The position numbers and the translations under genes were made by a program. The notes beneath the pieces were generated by a model. That model saw nothing but the letters and a program-made list of their open reading frames with translations, did no database searches and was not told the origin of the DNA. Shown here piece by piece: positions 8,285 to 16,830 of a DNA stretch of 64,000 nucleotides; within the stretch, counting starts at the first letter, position 1; each line of letters starts with the position of its first letter. Origin of the DNA: Polyangiaceae bacterium (GTDB lineage Bacteria > Myxococcota_A > Polyangia > Polyangiales > Polyangiaceae); NCBI GenBank assembly GCA_033763455.1, contig JANRKO010000008.1, positions 1-64,000 of the forward strand, in the 5' to 3' direction.

Positions 8285-9712
8285 CTAGAGGGTAACGTCA
8301 GCCGAAGAGTCTCTCACAATGAGCAAGCGCGCAACGCGTCGTGAGCGCTTGATGGCAAGATCGCTTGCGATTCGCAAAAGAGAGCTGCAAAGTGTGCCAA
8401 GGAGCGCCAAAAGCACCAGCTGGTTGCGATCTCCTGCATGCAGGGCTTCGGCGACTATGCGGCCAACCCCCTCCAAGCCGAACAAGAGTTCCAAAAGTAC
8501 GCTGAGGCTCAGCACAGCCGGTAGCTCCATGCCAAATAACATCTTCGGAGAGTGCTGAGGATGACCGACGCGAAACGATGCAGGCAACTCCTGTGCTTTA
8601 GTTTGAGCAGCAAGTTCTTGCCAAACTACGGGAGCCATCACCCAGATCAACATCAAGAACAGGGCACCCGCGAAGCCTCCAGGCTGACGTTCACGTGGAT
8701 CAAACATTGCCACGAATGGAAGCGCCACAGGTAGGAACCATAGTGACAAGAGTGCAAGCCTTAGCCTTTGGGGCAGCCGTCGTAACCAACTCGCGAGCCT
8801 TGGTCCAAGAACGTGGGCAAAGAGTAGCGAGGGTAAAATGAGGCCAAGCGTGGTAGGCGTCGCCCGCCACAGTCGCCGAGCCAAGGCCTCTCCGTGCACA
8901 TCGTTGCCCATGCCGTTACGTAGTAACGCCCCAAGCCATTTACCGTACTGCGTTTCGGCTACCAACGCCACTACCCTGAGCGGGCCGTCGAGCGGCATAA
9001 ACCTGGAACGAGCCGACGGCCACCAATCTTGCCACTTTTTGACAATGCTTCGGGTTGTCGCGAGGTCAGCGTTGGGCGGCACTACCCAGTCCTTGTCGGC
9101 AACGTGGGCCGCTACGCGCAAGAGGCGTTCGGCCCGCTTGATGTCTCCGGCTGTGCGGATGCTGCGAAGCCGCAGAAGAAGCTCGTTCAGACAGTACGTA
9201 TCGAGTTGGATGAGCTCGCGTTCGCTGAGAGGGGAGTCGTGTTCCGCCAACCGCTCGGTCAAGCGCTTGACCACGACCGGCCGAAAATCAATCGCCCGGT
9301 CCTGCCAATAGCGCTGCCAAAACTGAGGTAGTGAGGCTTTCTGTTCTGCGTCGGCTTGCTCCCAAATCCCCATGCGTTGCGCCACAGGCAGGAGCGCTCG
9401 GGCGACAAGCTCCCTCCCGTTAGGATTGAGCGCGTCAAGGCTTGGCAGCACAAAGGGAAACGCGGCGCTACCGAGTTCGACTAAGCGCCGTTCGGCACCA
9501 CGATCTGCGCGTTTCTGTGCGATTGCATTCATGAGCTCAAGCGAAACCGCCCGAACATCCACTGGCTTCAGGTTCGCGAAGAGCGGCAACTCGTTGGTAA
9601 CCTCCGGCTTGACGCGTTCCCCGAGCCCCACGCTCACGAGCGCGAACGCGGTGATAGACACCACAAAAAGCAGCGGCACGATCCGAAGGATCTGCCGAAC
9701 GGCGTCGCGCAT
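8285..9712 (-). CDS. Divergent ABC transporter permease, DppB/OppB-like, with a large extracytoplasmic helical insertion
   Basis: N-terminal ILRIVPLLFVVSITAFAL, QYGKWLGALLR-G, and C-terminal LLELLFGLEGVGR...ALHAGD match DppB. About 220-aa insertion. Confidence 0.65.
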   Translation of the reverse strand: MRDAVRQILRIVPLLFVVSITAFALVSVGLGERVKPEVTNELPLFANLKPVDVRAVSLELMNAIAQKRADRGAERRLVELGSAAFPFVLPSLDALNPNGRELVARALLPVAQRMGIWEQADAEQKASLPQFWQRYWQDRAIDFRPVVVKRLTERLAEHDSPLSERELIQLDTYCLNELLLRLRSIRTAGDIKRAERLLRVAAHVADKDWVVPPNADLATTRSIVKKWQDWWPSARSRFMPLDGPLRVVALVAETQYGKWLGALLRNGMGNDVHGEALARRLWRATPTTLGLILPSLLFAHVLGPRLASWLRRLPQRLRLALLSLWFLPVALPFVAMFDPRERQPGGFAGALFLMLIWVMAPVVWQELAAQTKAQELPASFRVGHPQHSPKMLFGMELPAVLSLSVLLELLFGLEGVGRIVAEALHAGDRNQLVLLALLGTLCSSLLRIASDLAIKRSRRVARLLIVRDSSADVTL

Positions 9713-9722
9713 GCCCGACTCT

Positions 9723-10952
9723 CTACCGGAAGAACATGAAGCCAGCGACTGCCACCATGAGGATGGCACCGAGCATCAGCATCCCAACTACCTTTGGATG
9801 CAGCCCAGTTGTCGGAATGTCCACCGGATCTTCCTGGAGGGTCGCGGCGGGAGGCACTGTGCTCGGGCCACTCGCCCCCGTTCCGGGTGGTAGCGAGCCC
9901 GCTGCGCGCGTGTCGGCAAAGGGTGAGGCAAGCGCGATCAACGTTTGCCCCACACGGAGGCGTGGCTCTCCCGGGCTGGTGCTCGCTACGGCCTTCGCCT
10001 GTAGCTCTGAGGGCTCCACTGCCAGTACCCCGGGGCTCGGCGGCTCCACAACGGGTTCGCCAGGCAACGCATACTTTTTATACTTGAGCTCGTCCGCGTC
10101 GCTCGGGGGCCTTAACCCTTCTCCGTCAAAGTGCGCCACAATTACGGTCACATTGTCGTGACCTCCGGCGAGGTTGGCCCGGTCGATAAGCTCTTTGCAC
10201 GCAGCTTGAGGGTCGGGCAACATGCACAGCACCTCACGCATCTCGTCGGCACGTAGCATTCCCGAGAGCCCATCGGAGCATACCATGAGCACGTCGCCTT
10301 GGCAGAGATCGACGTACGTCAGATCGACTTGCACCGTTTCCGCAGTGCCCAAGGCCTGCAGAATGATGTTGTTATGTTCAAAGGTTTCGGCTTCTTCTTC
10401 GGTAAGCTGCCCGGCTTCGATCAACTGGTTCGCGAGTGACTGGTCGCGGCTAACTTGAACGAGCCGTCCGTTACGAAGGATGTACGCTCGGCTATCTCCA
10501 ACCTGCGCCACGAAGAGCCGTGAATTCAACAGCGCGGCTATCGTGGCCGTGGTGCCCATGCCACGGCGCGTTCGATCGGCTCGCGCTTCATTGAAGATAG
10601 CGGCCCCTGCGGCCTCCACGGCCCGCACCAAACGACGCGCCAAGCTATCTTGATCGGTAGGGGCCCCCCCGGTCAGCAGCGATTCGTAGATAATGTCGAC
10701 GGCGAGCTGGCTTGCCACTTCGCCGGCAGCAGCTCCACCCATCCCATCGCACACTCCGAGCACGGTTCCGCGGGGACCCACAACCTGTTCCCGGTCTTCC
10801 TCTCGGATCCCACGGCGCTGTCGCGTAAGATCAGCGACGACAAAGTTGTCTTCGTTGTGCTCTCGGATCTGGCCAACGTCCGTGCGCCCAAACAGGCGTA
10901 GGCGGATGGTTGACCCGGTGGGGAGTGTGGAAATTTGGGGAGCCTCTGTCAT
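9723..10952 (-). CDS. PP2C/PPM family Ser/Thr protein phosphatase (Stp1/Pph1-like) with C-terminal TM anchor
   Basis: TDVGQIREHNED, VCDGMGG, MGTT, QVGDSRAY, CSDGL and GGHDNVT motifs. Confidence 0.93.
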   Translation of the reverse strand: MTEAPQISTLPTGSTIRLRLFGRTDVGQIREHNEDNFVVADLTRQRRGIREEDREQVVGPRGTVLGVCDGMGGAAAGEVASQLAVDIIYESLLTGGAPTDQDSLARRLVRAVEAAGAAIFNEARADRTRRGMGTTATIAALLNSRLFVAQVGDSRAYILRNGRLVQVSRDQSLANQLIEAGQLTEEEAETFEHNNIILQALGTAETVQVDLTYVDLCQGDVLMVCSDGLSGMLRADEMREVLCMLPDPQAACKELIDRANLAGGHDNVTVIVAHFDGEGLRPPSDADELKYKKYALPGEPVVEPPSPGVLAVEPSELQAKAVASTSPGEPRLRVGQTLIALASPFADTRAAGSLPPGTGASGPSTVPPAATLQEDPVDIPTTGLHPKVVGMLMLGAILMVAVAGFMFFR

Positions 10953-12049
10953 CAGTTGCTCCGTCCACCTGTCTGAACCTCAAGCCTGAAGAGGTGTTGC
11001 CCCACCCGGATGTAGTCCCGGTTGGAGAGCTCCGTTTCGCCGCGGATCCGTAGGTACGTACCGTTGGAAGACCCAAGATCCTTTAACACAAACGGTCCGC
11101 TCTCTGAGCCCCTCAGGATACGCGCATGCCTTCGGCTCATGTAAGGATCCCCGGTGAAGACGATATCGCCAGATTCTCTGCCAATAATCGTTTCCTCGCG
11201 CGTGAGATAGTAGACGTCGCGCGTAACGGCTTCCATGGTTTGCTGGGTGAGCCGTGCGTAGCGTGCGCACACGGGCGACCCGAAGATCTGTGCGCCCTGT
11301 CGGGCTGCGGGGGTCAAGGTTCGCTCCTGTGGGTCCACGACCTCAAACCTTAACACCTCTAGGCCCACCAACACCAAGTCCCCCGCGACGAGTTCTTGTT
11401 CGGACGTCAGCCGCAGGTAAATTCCATTCTCCGAACCTAGATCTTCCACCCAAAAACGCTGGTTTCGATAAGTGATTCGAGCGTGGAGTGGTGAAATGTA
11501 GGGATCGTTTGGCAGCACCACGTTCCCCTGGGTTCTGCCGATTTCGGTGGCGGGCGTGCTCAGCGGGTAGCTAATGCCTGGGCTGCCGTCTTGGGCGATC
11601 ACTACCAGATGCCCTGGCGAAGGACCCGCAGCAGGGGCATGGAACGCCTGCGACGAGCGAAGTGGCCCGGCAGCGTCGCTCACGCGTAGGCGGTTTCCGC
11701 AGAACTGACAATACGTGAGCTCGGCACTGTTTGATCCCTTGCACCGAGTGCACACGGTACGTCCAAGATCGACGCTGGGCGCAGCGACCCCACCCCGGGG
11801 CGCTGCGGGCGGCACACTGGCAGGTCGCTGCCCGATCAACATCCCGCACGAAGCGCAGAAGCGGTTCGTCGGTGGATTCGATGCGCCACACTGGCTGCAA
11901 ACACTCTTTACGGACGCGGGCTTGTCTTCCGACAGCGCGAACGAAGGAGCAACTGGCCGTGTCGGCACGGGCGCCGCAAGCACGCTCCCGCAACTTTGAC
12001 AGAAGCGGGAATCAGGTGGGTTCCGAGTCCCACAGTGATGACACTGCAC
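10952..12049 (-). CDS. Zinc-ribbon (three CxxC...CxxC units) plus tandem FHA domain protein
   Basis: CHHC/CQSC, CSQC/CASC and CTRC/CQFC pairs. Two FHA domains with IGR...SxxH...NG. Stop overlaps the PP2C start. Confidence 0.88.
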   Translation of the reverse strand: MQCHHCGTRNPPDSRFCQSCGSVLAAPVPTRPVAPSFALSEDKPASVKSVCSQCGASNPPTNRFCASCGMLIGQRPASVPPAAPRGGVAAPSVDLGRTVCTRCKGSNSAELTYCQFCGNRLRVSDAAGPLRSSQAFHAPAAGPSPGHLVVIAQDGSPGISYPLSTPATEIGRTQGNVVLPNDPYISPLHARITYRNQRFWVEDLGSENGIYLRLTSEQELVAGDLVLVGLEVLRFEVVDPQERTLTPAARQGAQIFGSPVCARYARLTQQTMEAVTRDVYYLTREETIIGRESGDIVFTGDPYMSRRHARILRGSESGPFVLKDLGSSNGTYLRIRGETELSNRDYIRVGQHLFRLEVQTGGRSN

Positions 12050-12211
12050 CCCGTAAGGGGACCGCGCGGCCCAGGTTGCGTCAAGTTGCTTTCCGCGCGG
12101 TGCGATAATTTACACGGATGAGAAAGGACGTTTCGTTAGGGGCCCATCTTGCCTCAAGGTGGCCGTCGGGCCGACAACACCTTTGCTCCAAATCGGGTCA
12201 CTGAATGCTAG

Positions 12212-12865
12212 CTACCAACGCGGTAGAACCTCGCGTTGTTCAAAGGTCACCTCCAGAGCGATGGAGTGAGCGAAGCCGAAGCCGAGGGCGCCGTTCGCTC
12301 GCCGCACGCCAGCGTCGTCGGTCCAGCTTCGAAATAGCAACGGTCGATATGCGAGCGCTGCCCCCACCAACGTTGTAGCGCTGACCTCGTACTCAATCCC
12401 TAGCCCGAGTGACCCCACCGCTCCGCCGCTTTCCACACCCCATTCGTCGCCGTACACCATCGGCCCAAGGCCTCCCACGACATACGTCGTCGCTCGGTTG
12501 CCAGCCTCGTAATAGTAACGTGCCTCCCCTCTTAATTGCTGCAGGATTGCAAGGCGGAGCAAATTCGCTGATTGCTGGCGCGAGAATTCGTAGACGCCGG
12601 CAAACAACCAAGGCCGGCTGCGATAACCCACTCGGATCCCCAAGCCAAAACCGGAACCCAGGATGCAATTCGAGGGTCCGTCGGCGGCAGGACACACATT
12701 TCCACCCGAAGCGATGCTCTCCAGCGCAAACGCAACCCCGTAGTGGAGTGCCTCGGTGTTGATCGGGGGCGGCGTCGGCTCGCCCTCCAGAGGGTCCGCG
12801 TTTGCTCGGGACGCACACAATGCGAGTGCGAGAAAAATCACCCCCGCGGTGGGCACTGGACGCAC
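12212..12865 (-). CDS. Putative small outer-membrane beta-barrel protein
   Basis: Signal peptide (IFLALALCASRANA) and alternating Gly/aromatic strands (GFGLGIRVGY, YVVGGLG, LGLGIEY). Start uncertain. Confidence 0.55.
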   Translation of the reverse strand: MRPVPTAGVIFLALALCASRANADPLEGEPTPPPINTEALHYGVAFALESIASGGNVCPAADGPSNCILGSGFGLGIRVGYRSRPWLFAGVYEFSRQQSANLLRLAILQQLRGEARYYYEAGNRATTYVVGGLGPMVYGDEWGVESGGAVGSLGLGIEYEVSATTLVGAALAYRPLLFRSWTDDAGVRRANGALGFGFAHSIALEVTFEQREVLPRW

Positions 12866-12995
12866 TATTGGGGCCAGAACTTGGGGTGAGTTCGGGCGAG
12901 AAGGCAGAAAGCGCACGGCACAAGTGTCGAGCGGCCTTGACGCGGGCGCAAGGCTTCGTTTAAAGGCGACCGAAGTTTCAGGGAAGCGTAAATCC

Positions 12996-13415
12996 ATGGA
13001 AATCCACCTCGACAGGCGTGCGGTCCGGCACATTCGTCTCTCTGCTCAGGAGGCGATCGAAGAAGACGACATCGAATCGCTTCGCGAGGACATCCTCGAA
13101 GCATTCACCGAAGATCAGGTCGAAGAGATCGAGCGGCGCCTCGATAACGCCGATTTCTTCGAATTTTTGACGGAGGTTCTCGACGAGTGGGGCGGAGATG
13201 ACGTCGACGAGCTGTTTGAGCTCTTGGAGACTCAGCTCGGAGAAGTTGGGCTCGACATCAAGATCGACGGCAAGGAAGCGGAAGGCGAGGAGCCGGAGGA
13301 AGAGGCCGAGGTCGACGGAGCTGACGCGGAACCCGACGAAGACGATGACGACGAAGACTTTGACGTCGACGACGAAGAAGTCGACGAGGATGAAGACTTC
13401 AGCGACAAGGAGTGA
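12996..13415 (+). CDS. Highly acidic hypothetical protein (139 aa)
   Basis: ATG at 12996, strong GC3 codon bias, about 45% Asp/Glu by manual count. Confidence 0.75.
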   Translation: MEIHLDRRAVRHIRLSAQEAIEEDDIESLREDILEAFTEDQVEEIERRLDNADFFEFLTEVLDEWGGDDVDELFELLETQLGEVGLDIKIDGKEAEGEEPEEEAEVDGADAEPDEDDDDEDFDVDDEEVDEDEDFSDKE

Positions 13416-13433
13416 GTCGCGCGCCGGGGCGCG

Positions 13434-14021
13434 CTAAGCCGGCTGCCTTGTTCGGGCCTCTAGGGCTAACGCAAAGAGTTCGTACGCCATGATCTGGACC
13501 GCTTGTGCCAGATTGATGGAGGGTTGTGCTCCGGCCATCTGGATCCGGGCAAAACCGTGGGCGAGGTTGGAGTCCACCTCGGACAGCCCGGTTTTCTCGT
13601 TCCCAAAGACGAGAGCGAGCCGCTCTTTCCGATCGGCGCGGAGTAGGAGCTCGTGGGCCACCTCTCGCGGGTCAGAAATCGCGGAGTGTCCACCCTTTGC
13701 GGTCGTGGCCACAACGAAATCGACATCCGCCAGTGCTGCGGGGAGAGACTCGCACACCATGGCGTTGTCGAGCACATCCCAGGAGCGCACAGCCATTTTC
13801 TGAGCCATGTCGTGACGAGGATCCGCGAGGCGGCCTGGCCGTACAATACGGAGCTGGTAGAACCCCATGGTTTTCATGGCTCTAGCGCACGCGCCGACAT
13901 TCTCCGGGTAGTGCGGCTGCACCAGAACGAAACAGAGCGCCTCGTGGATCGGAAGCCGCACGCGATCAGTACTTCCTAGGTCGCTCTTGTCAGTTCTGGG
14001 TAGCGTGCCGTCGTAATTCAC
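13434..14021 (-). CDS. trmJ: SPOUT RNA methyltransferase, TrmJ/TrmH family
   Basis: VLVQPHYPENVGACARAMKTMG, LVFGNEKTGLS and SINLAQAVQIMAYE motifs. GTG at 14021 gives a GTGA overlap with the upstream gene; alternative start 14045. Confidence 0.8.
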   Translation of the reverse strand: MNYDGTLPRTDKSDLGSTDRVRLPIHEALCFVLVQPHYPENVGACARAMKTMGFYQLRIVRPGRLADPRHDMAQKMAVRSWDVLDNAMVCESLPAALADVDFVVATTAKGGHSAISDPREVAHELLLRADRKERLALVFGNEKTGLSEVDSNLAHGFARIQMAGAQPSINLAQAVQIMAYELFALALEARTRQPA

Positions 14022-15103
14022 GGGGTTCTCTTTTCCGGATCCCAAGCGCGGTCGTGCGCGCAGCGAAAACCAAGTGTTGGGCTGCGGGTCTCAGCCACGA
14101 ACGCTTGGCGCGCGGCGCCTCTAAGCCACGCCGCGGTGCTCTTATAGTGTCCTCCGCGTGCAACGCGCATCCCGCTTTCGGTGGTAGCAGGCCCGCGCGG
14201 ATCTATTAGAGGCGCCGCTCCGACGTTCGATGCGCTCGGCTTGGGGTATGGTGCATAGAGGTCGTAGACCCACTCTGCGACGTTGCCAGCCAGATCGAGG
14301 ATCCCTTCGGGGGTGGCTCCCCAGGGAAAAGAGCCCACTGGAGCTTTCTCCTCGAACCCATCGCTCGGATCAGAAGCGAGGGCTTGTTCATCGCTGACTC
14401 CCAAGGGGGGAAGAAGTGCTGGGCTGCCATGATTGCTCGCGTGTGAGTTATACAGATCGCCCCAAGGGAAGAGACGGGCACGCCAAACGGTCTGATCCGC
14501 ATCTGCCTCCACGGGGCGGGATACTCCGCGCGCCGCGCGTTCAAACTCGGCTTCGGTCGGGAGCCGCCCCCCTTGGAAGGAGCAGTAAGCCTGAGCTTCG
14601 AACCAAGTGACCATGGATACGGGGTCGTCCGGCTTGAAGAAGCGTTCAGCCCCCTCCGAGTCGCGCAGCACTCGGCAATGTTGGGCAGCGACGCAGCTCT
14701 GGTAGTCGCGGACGCGAACCTCCGTACGATCCATAAAGAACCCTGACACGAAAACCTTGTGTTTGGGTACTTCGTCGGTAAAGAGGCCCTCGGCGCAGAA
14801 CGCATCGCGCTCGCTTCCGGGTCGTCCTCGGCTCCCACGGAGGCACAACTCTTGTGCTTCCAGGATCTCAAGCACACTGGAACCTAATTCGGTGGTGACG
14901 CTTCGGAGCCACACGTAAGGAACTGTTGGACTCTTGAGTCGTACCTGGCGCGGAGGCAGCGCTGGTTGGTTGCTGGCGTTGGTCTGCTGCGTTGTTGATC
15001 CGGTGACAGATACACCGCGAGCTGCACCGGAGCTTAGAAGTGTCCAGCTGAACAAAGCGAGAGCGCCCGAGGTTGTGAGCGTTCGAAAGACGTGAGCTGC
15101 CAC
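14018..15103 (-). CDS. Secreted FGE-sulfatase (SUMF1/EgtB/PvdO) domain protein
   Basis: PKHKV...FFMDRTEV, VTWFEAQAYC, RLPTEAEFERAARG, DLAGNVAEW and GFRCA motifs, with an N-terminal signal sequence. Confidence 0.85.
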   Translation of the reverse strand: MAAHVFRTLTTSGALALFSWTLLSSGAARGVSVTGSTTQQTNASNQPALPPRQVRLKSPTVPYVWLRSVTTELGSSVLEILEAQELCLRGSRGRPGSERDAFCAEGLFTDEVPKHKVFVSGFFMDRTEVRVRDYQSCVAAQHCRVLRDSEGAERFFKPDDPVSMVTWFEAQAYCSFQGGRLPTEAEFERAARGVSRPVEADADQTVWRARLFPWGDLYNSHASNHGSPALLPPLGVSDEQALASDPSDGFEEKAPVGSFPWGATPEGILDLAGNVAEWVYDLYAPYPKPSASNVGAAPLIDPRGPATTESGMRVARGGHYKSTAAWLRGAARQAFVAETRSPTLGFRCAHDRAWDPEKRTP

Positions 15104-15121
15104 CTTTATGCTCCCGCTGTG

Positions 15122-15619
15122 CTATTTTTGCCCGGCGTCTCTCTTGGGAGCTTCGGCCTTATCTCGGTCTTTTTGGCTATCTTTCGGGGGCTTGGGTGCG
15201 TCCGGCTTAGGGGCTTCTGGTGCCCCGTAATCGCCCCGCAGCTTCTCCAGAAGAGAATCTTTCAGTGTCTGTTCGTAATAACTCGGAAGCTTGTTGAGCT
15301 GGATCACCACGCGACAGCCACCCTTAACGCTGATGATCTCGATGCTTCCGGTGGATGTTCGACGTTCGGCGCCCGTCGCTTCAAAATGAAACAGAAGGTA
15401 GGCCGCGTCAGCGTCCTTTTCATAGACCTCTTGCCCGAGGTCTACCCGCAGATGTCGTAGCGCCGCGCTGTACACCTGGGCCTTGCTATAGCCCACTTCG
15501 AACGGGGTTCTGGCTAAGGCTTCGCTTGAAACCCCGAAGACACACACGATCAACGTGAGCCACCACCCTAGCCGTGAGCGCTTGCTGATGTGACTCCATG
15601 ACATTCGATACTTCTCCAA
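15122..15619 (-). CDS. Hypothetical exported protein
   Basis: Signal-like segment (LTLIVCVFGVSSEALA) and Pro/Lys-rich tail. Lies in a co-directional gene run. Confidence 0.65.
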   Translation of the reverse strand: MEKYRMSWSHISKRSRLGWWLTLIVCVFGVSSEALARTPFEVGYSKAQVYSAALRHLRVDLGQEVYEKDADAAYLLFHFEATGAERRTSTGSIEIISVKGGCRVVIQLNKLPSYYEQTLKDSLLEKLRGDYGAPEAPKPDAPKPPKDSQKDRDKAEAPKRDAGQK

Positions 15620-15630
15620 ACGGCTCGGGT

Positions 15631-16353
15631 TTAACTGGGGAGGTGCCCTTCGAGCAGTGCACGCGGCCCCTCATGGAATAGGAACTGAATTTCTTCAGCT
15701 CCATACAAAGCGTCAACGCGCTGCATGCCCTTTCGCACGGCATCAATGTCCTCTGGGCGGTGAGCGTCACTACAGGCCGCGTGATACAGGCCGCGTTTCA
15801 ACAATTCTTCCGCGGACTTCTGCGGTTGCCGGCCGTATTTCCCGGCCAACGCGGCTACGTCGAGTAGCGCACCTGCGCCACCGTCGACTAACCGCTCTAG
15901 GATGTCCGGGGAGCTCCAGATCGCGCGGTAGCGTTCGGGGTGCGCGATGATGGGCAAGAGCCCGTGGCGCCGCACATCTGCTAGGCGGTGGTCCACCGTG
16001 TACGGAAAGCTAACTTCGTAAAATTCAAAAAGCACGGCTCGACCACCCGGGTAGGGCAACCCTTCGCCGCTTAAAACTCGCTGAAACACGACGTCGTCGA
16101 AATAGTGTTCACTGGCGAGCCCGAGTTCTGGCAGCAGGGGAGCCGCTAGCAATTCCAAGGTTTTGGCGTACGCTGCCTGCAAATCTTCCTTGGAATTATT
16201 GAACAGCCCAGGCCGCATGTGGGGCGTGCCGATGACTCGCGAAAAACCAAGCTTCGCTAGCCCTTCGAGAATGCCCTGGCTCTCCACAAGCGTGCGCGCG
16301 CCGTCGTCGACCCCCAAAACGTAGTGGCAATGCAGGTCCCAGAAGTCAGCCAC
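15631..16353 (-). CDS. PHP-family protein-tyrosine phosphatase, CpsB/CapC/YwqE-like
   Basis: DLHCH...DDGA, GTPH, IIAHPERY and SDAH motifs. Confidence 0.9.
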   Translation of the reverse strand: MADFWDLHCHYVLGVDDGARTLVESQGILEGLAKLGFSRVIGTPHMRPGLFNNSKEDLQAAYAKTLELLAAPLLPELGLASEHYFDDVVFQRVLSGEGLPYPGGRAVLFEFYEVSFPYTVDHRLADVRRHGLLPIIAHPERYRAIWSSPDILERLVDGGAGALLDVAALAGKYGRQPQKSAEELLKRGLYHAACSDAHRPEDIDAVRKGMQRVDALYGAEEIQFLFHEGPRALLEGHLPS

Positions 16354-16390
16354 GGCACTAGGTGTAGCGGAACCAGCCTCGGCTGGCGAC

Positions 16391-16753
16391 TTATGCCGCC
16401 AGGATGCGCAGGCAACCCGCCGCTGCTTCGTTCAGCTGTTCGGCGGCTGGTGGCGGCGACCCCATCCCGCACATAAGGACCGCTTGGCCTTTTATATCCA
16501 CGCGGCGCACTATTACCTTGGCGGGGCCAGCAAGTTTCGCGACTCGACCTAGGGGCGCCGTGGCCGCCAATTCCTCGCACACCGTGGCCGGCCCAGCACC
16601 AGCCACTAGCAGGCCGGTCTCGTCGGAAATCGCGAGCACCTCCAGACGGGCGCGGAGGCGGCACCCTTCAAGCATGAGTGAAAGAGCCTGTTCCAGGTTC
16701 TCAGTGCGGTTTTTTCGGCGGTCATTCCAGGTGTCATGGGCCAGGGTGCTCAT
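16391..16753 (-). CDS. Small hypothetical protein, possibly Roadblock/LC7 (MglB-like) fold
   Basis: LEVLAISDETGLLVAG resembles the Roadblock beta-strand motif. 120 aa. Confidence 0.5.
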   Translation of the reverse strand: MSTLAHDTWNDRRKNRTENLEQALSLMLEGCRLRARLEVLAISDETGLLVAGAGPATVCEELAATAPLGRVAKLAGPAKVIVRRVDIKGQAVLMCGMGSPPPAAEQLNEAAAGCLRILAA

Positions 16754-16830
16754 GGGCGCAAGGATCGCACCCGTGCTCAAAGGCGGCCAACTTCGCCGCT
16801 CTGGCCGCCTGTGTTACACCCGTGCCCCGC

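Noticed and set aside
12061..12101. 9-bp inverted repeat ACCGCGCGG/CCGCGCGGT upstream of the FHA gene
   Set aside because: It is almost all G/C and therefore likely by chance in this genome. There is no matching -10 element or U-tract.
14018..15103. True formylglycine-generating enzyme
   Set aside because: The segment after RGG (RGGHYKSTAAWLRG) lacks the catalytic Cys pair, and no sulfatase is adjacent. Only the fold is supported.
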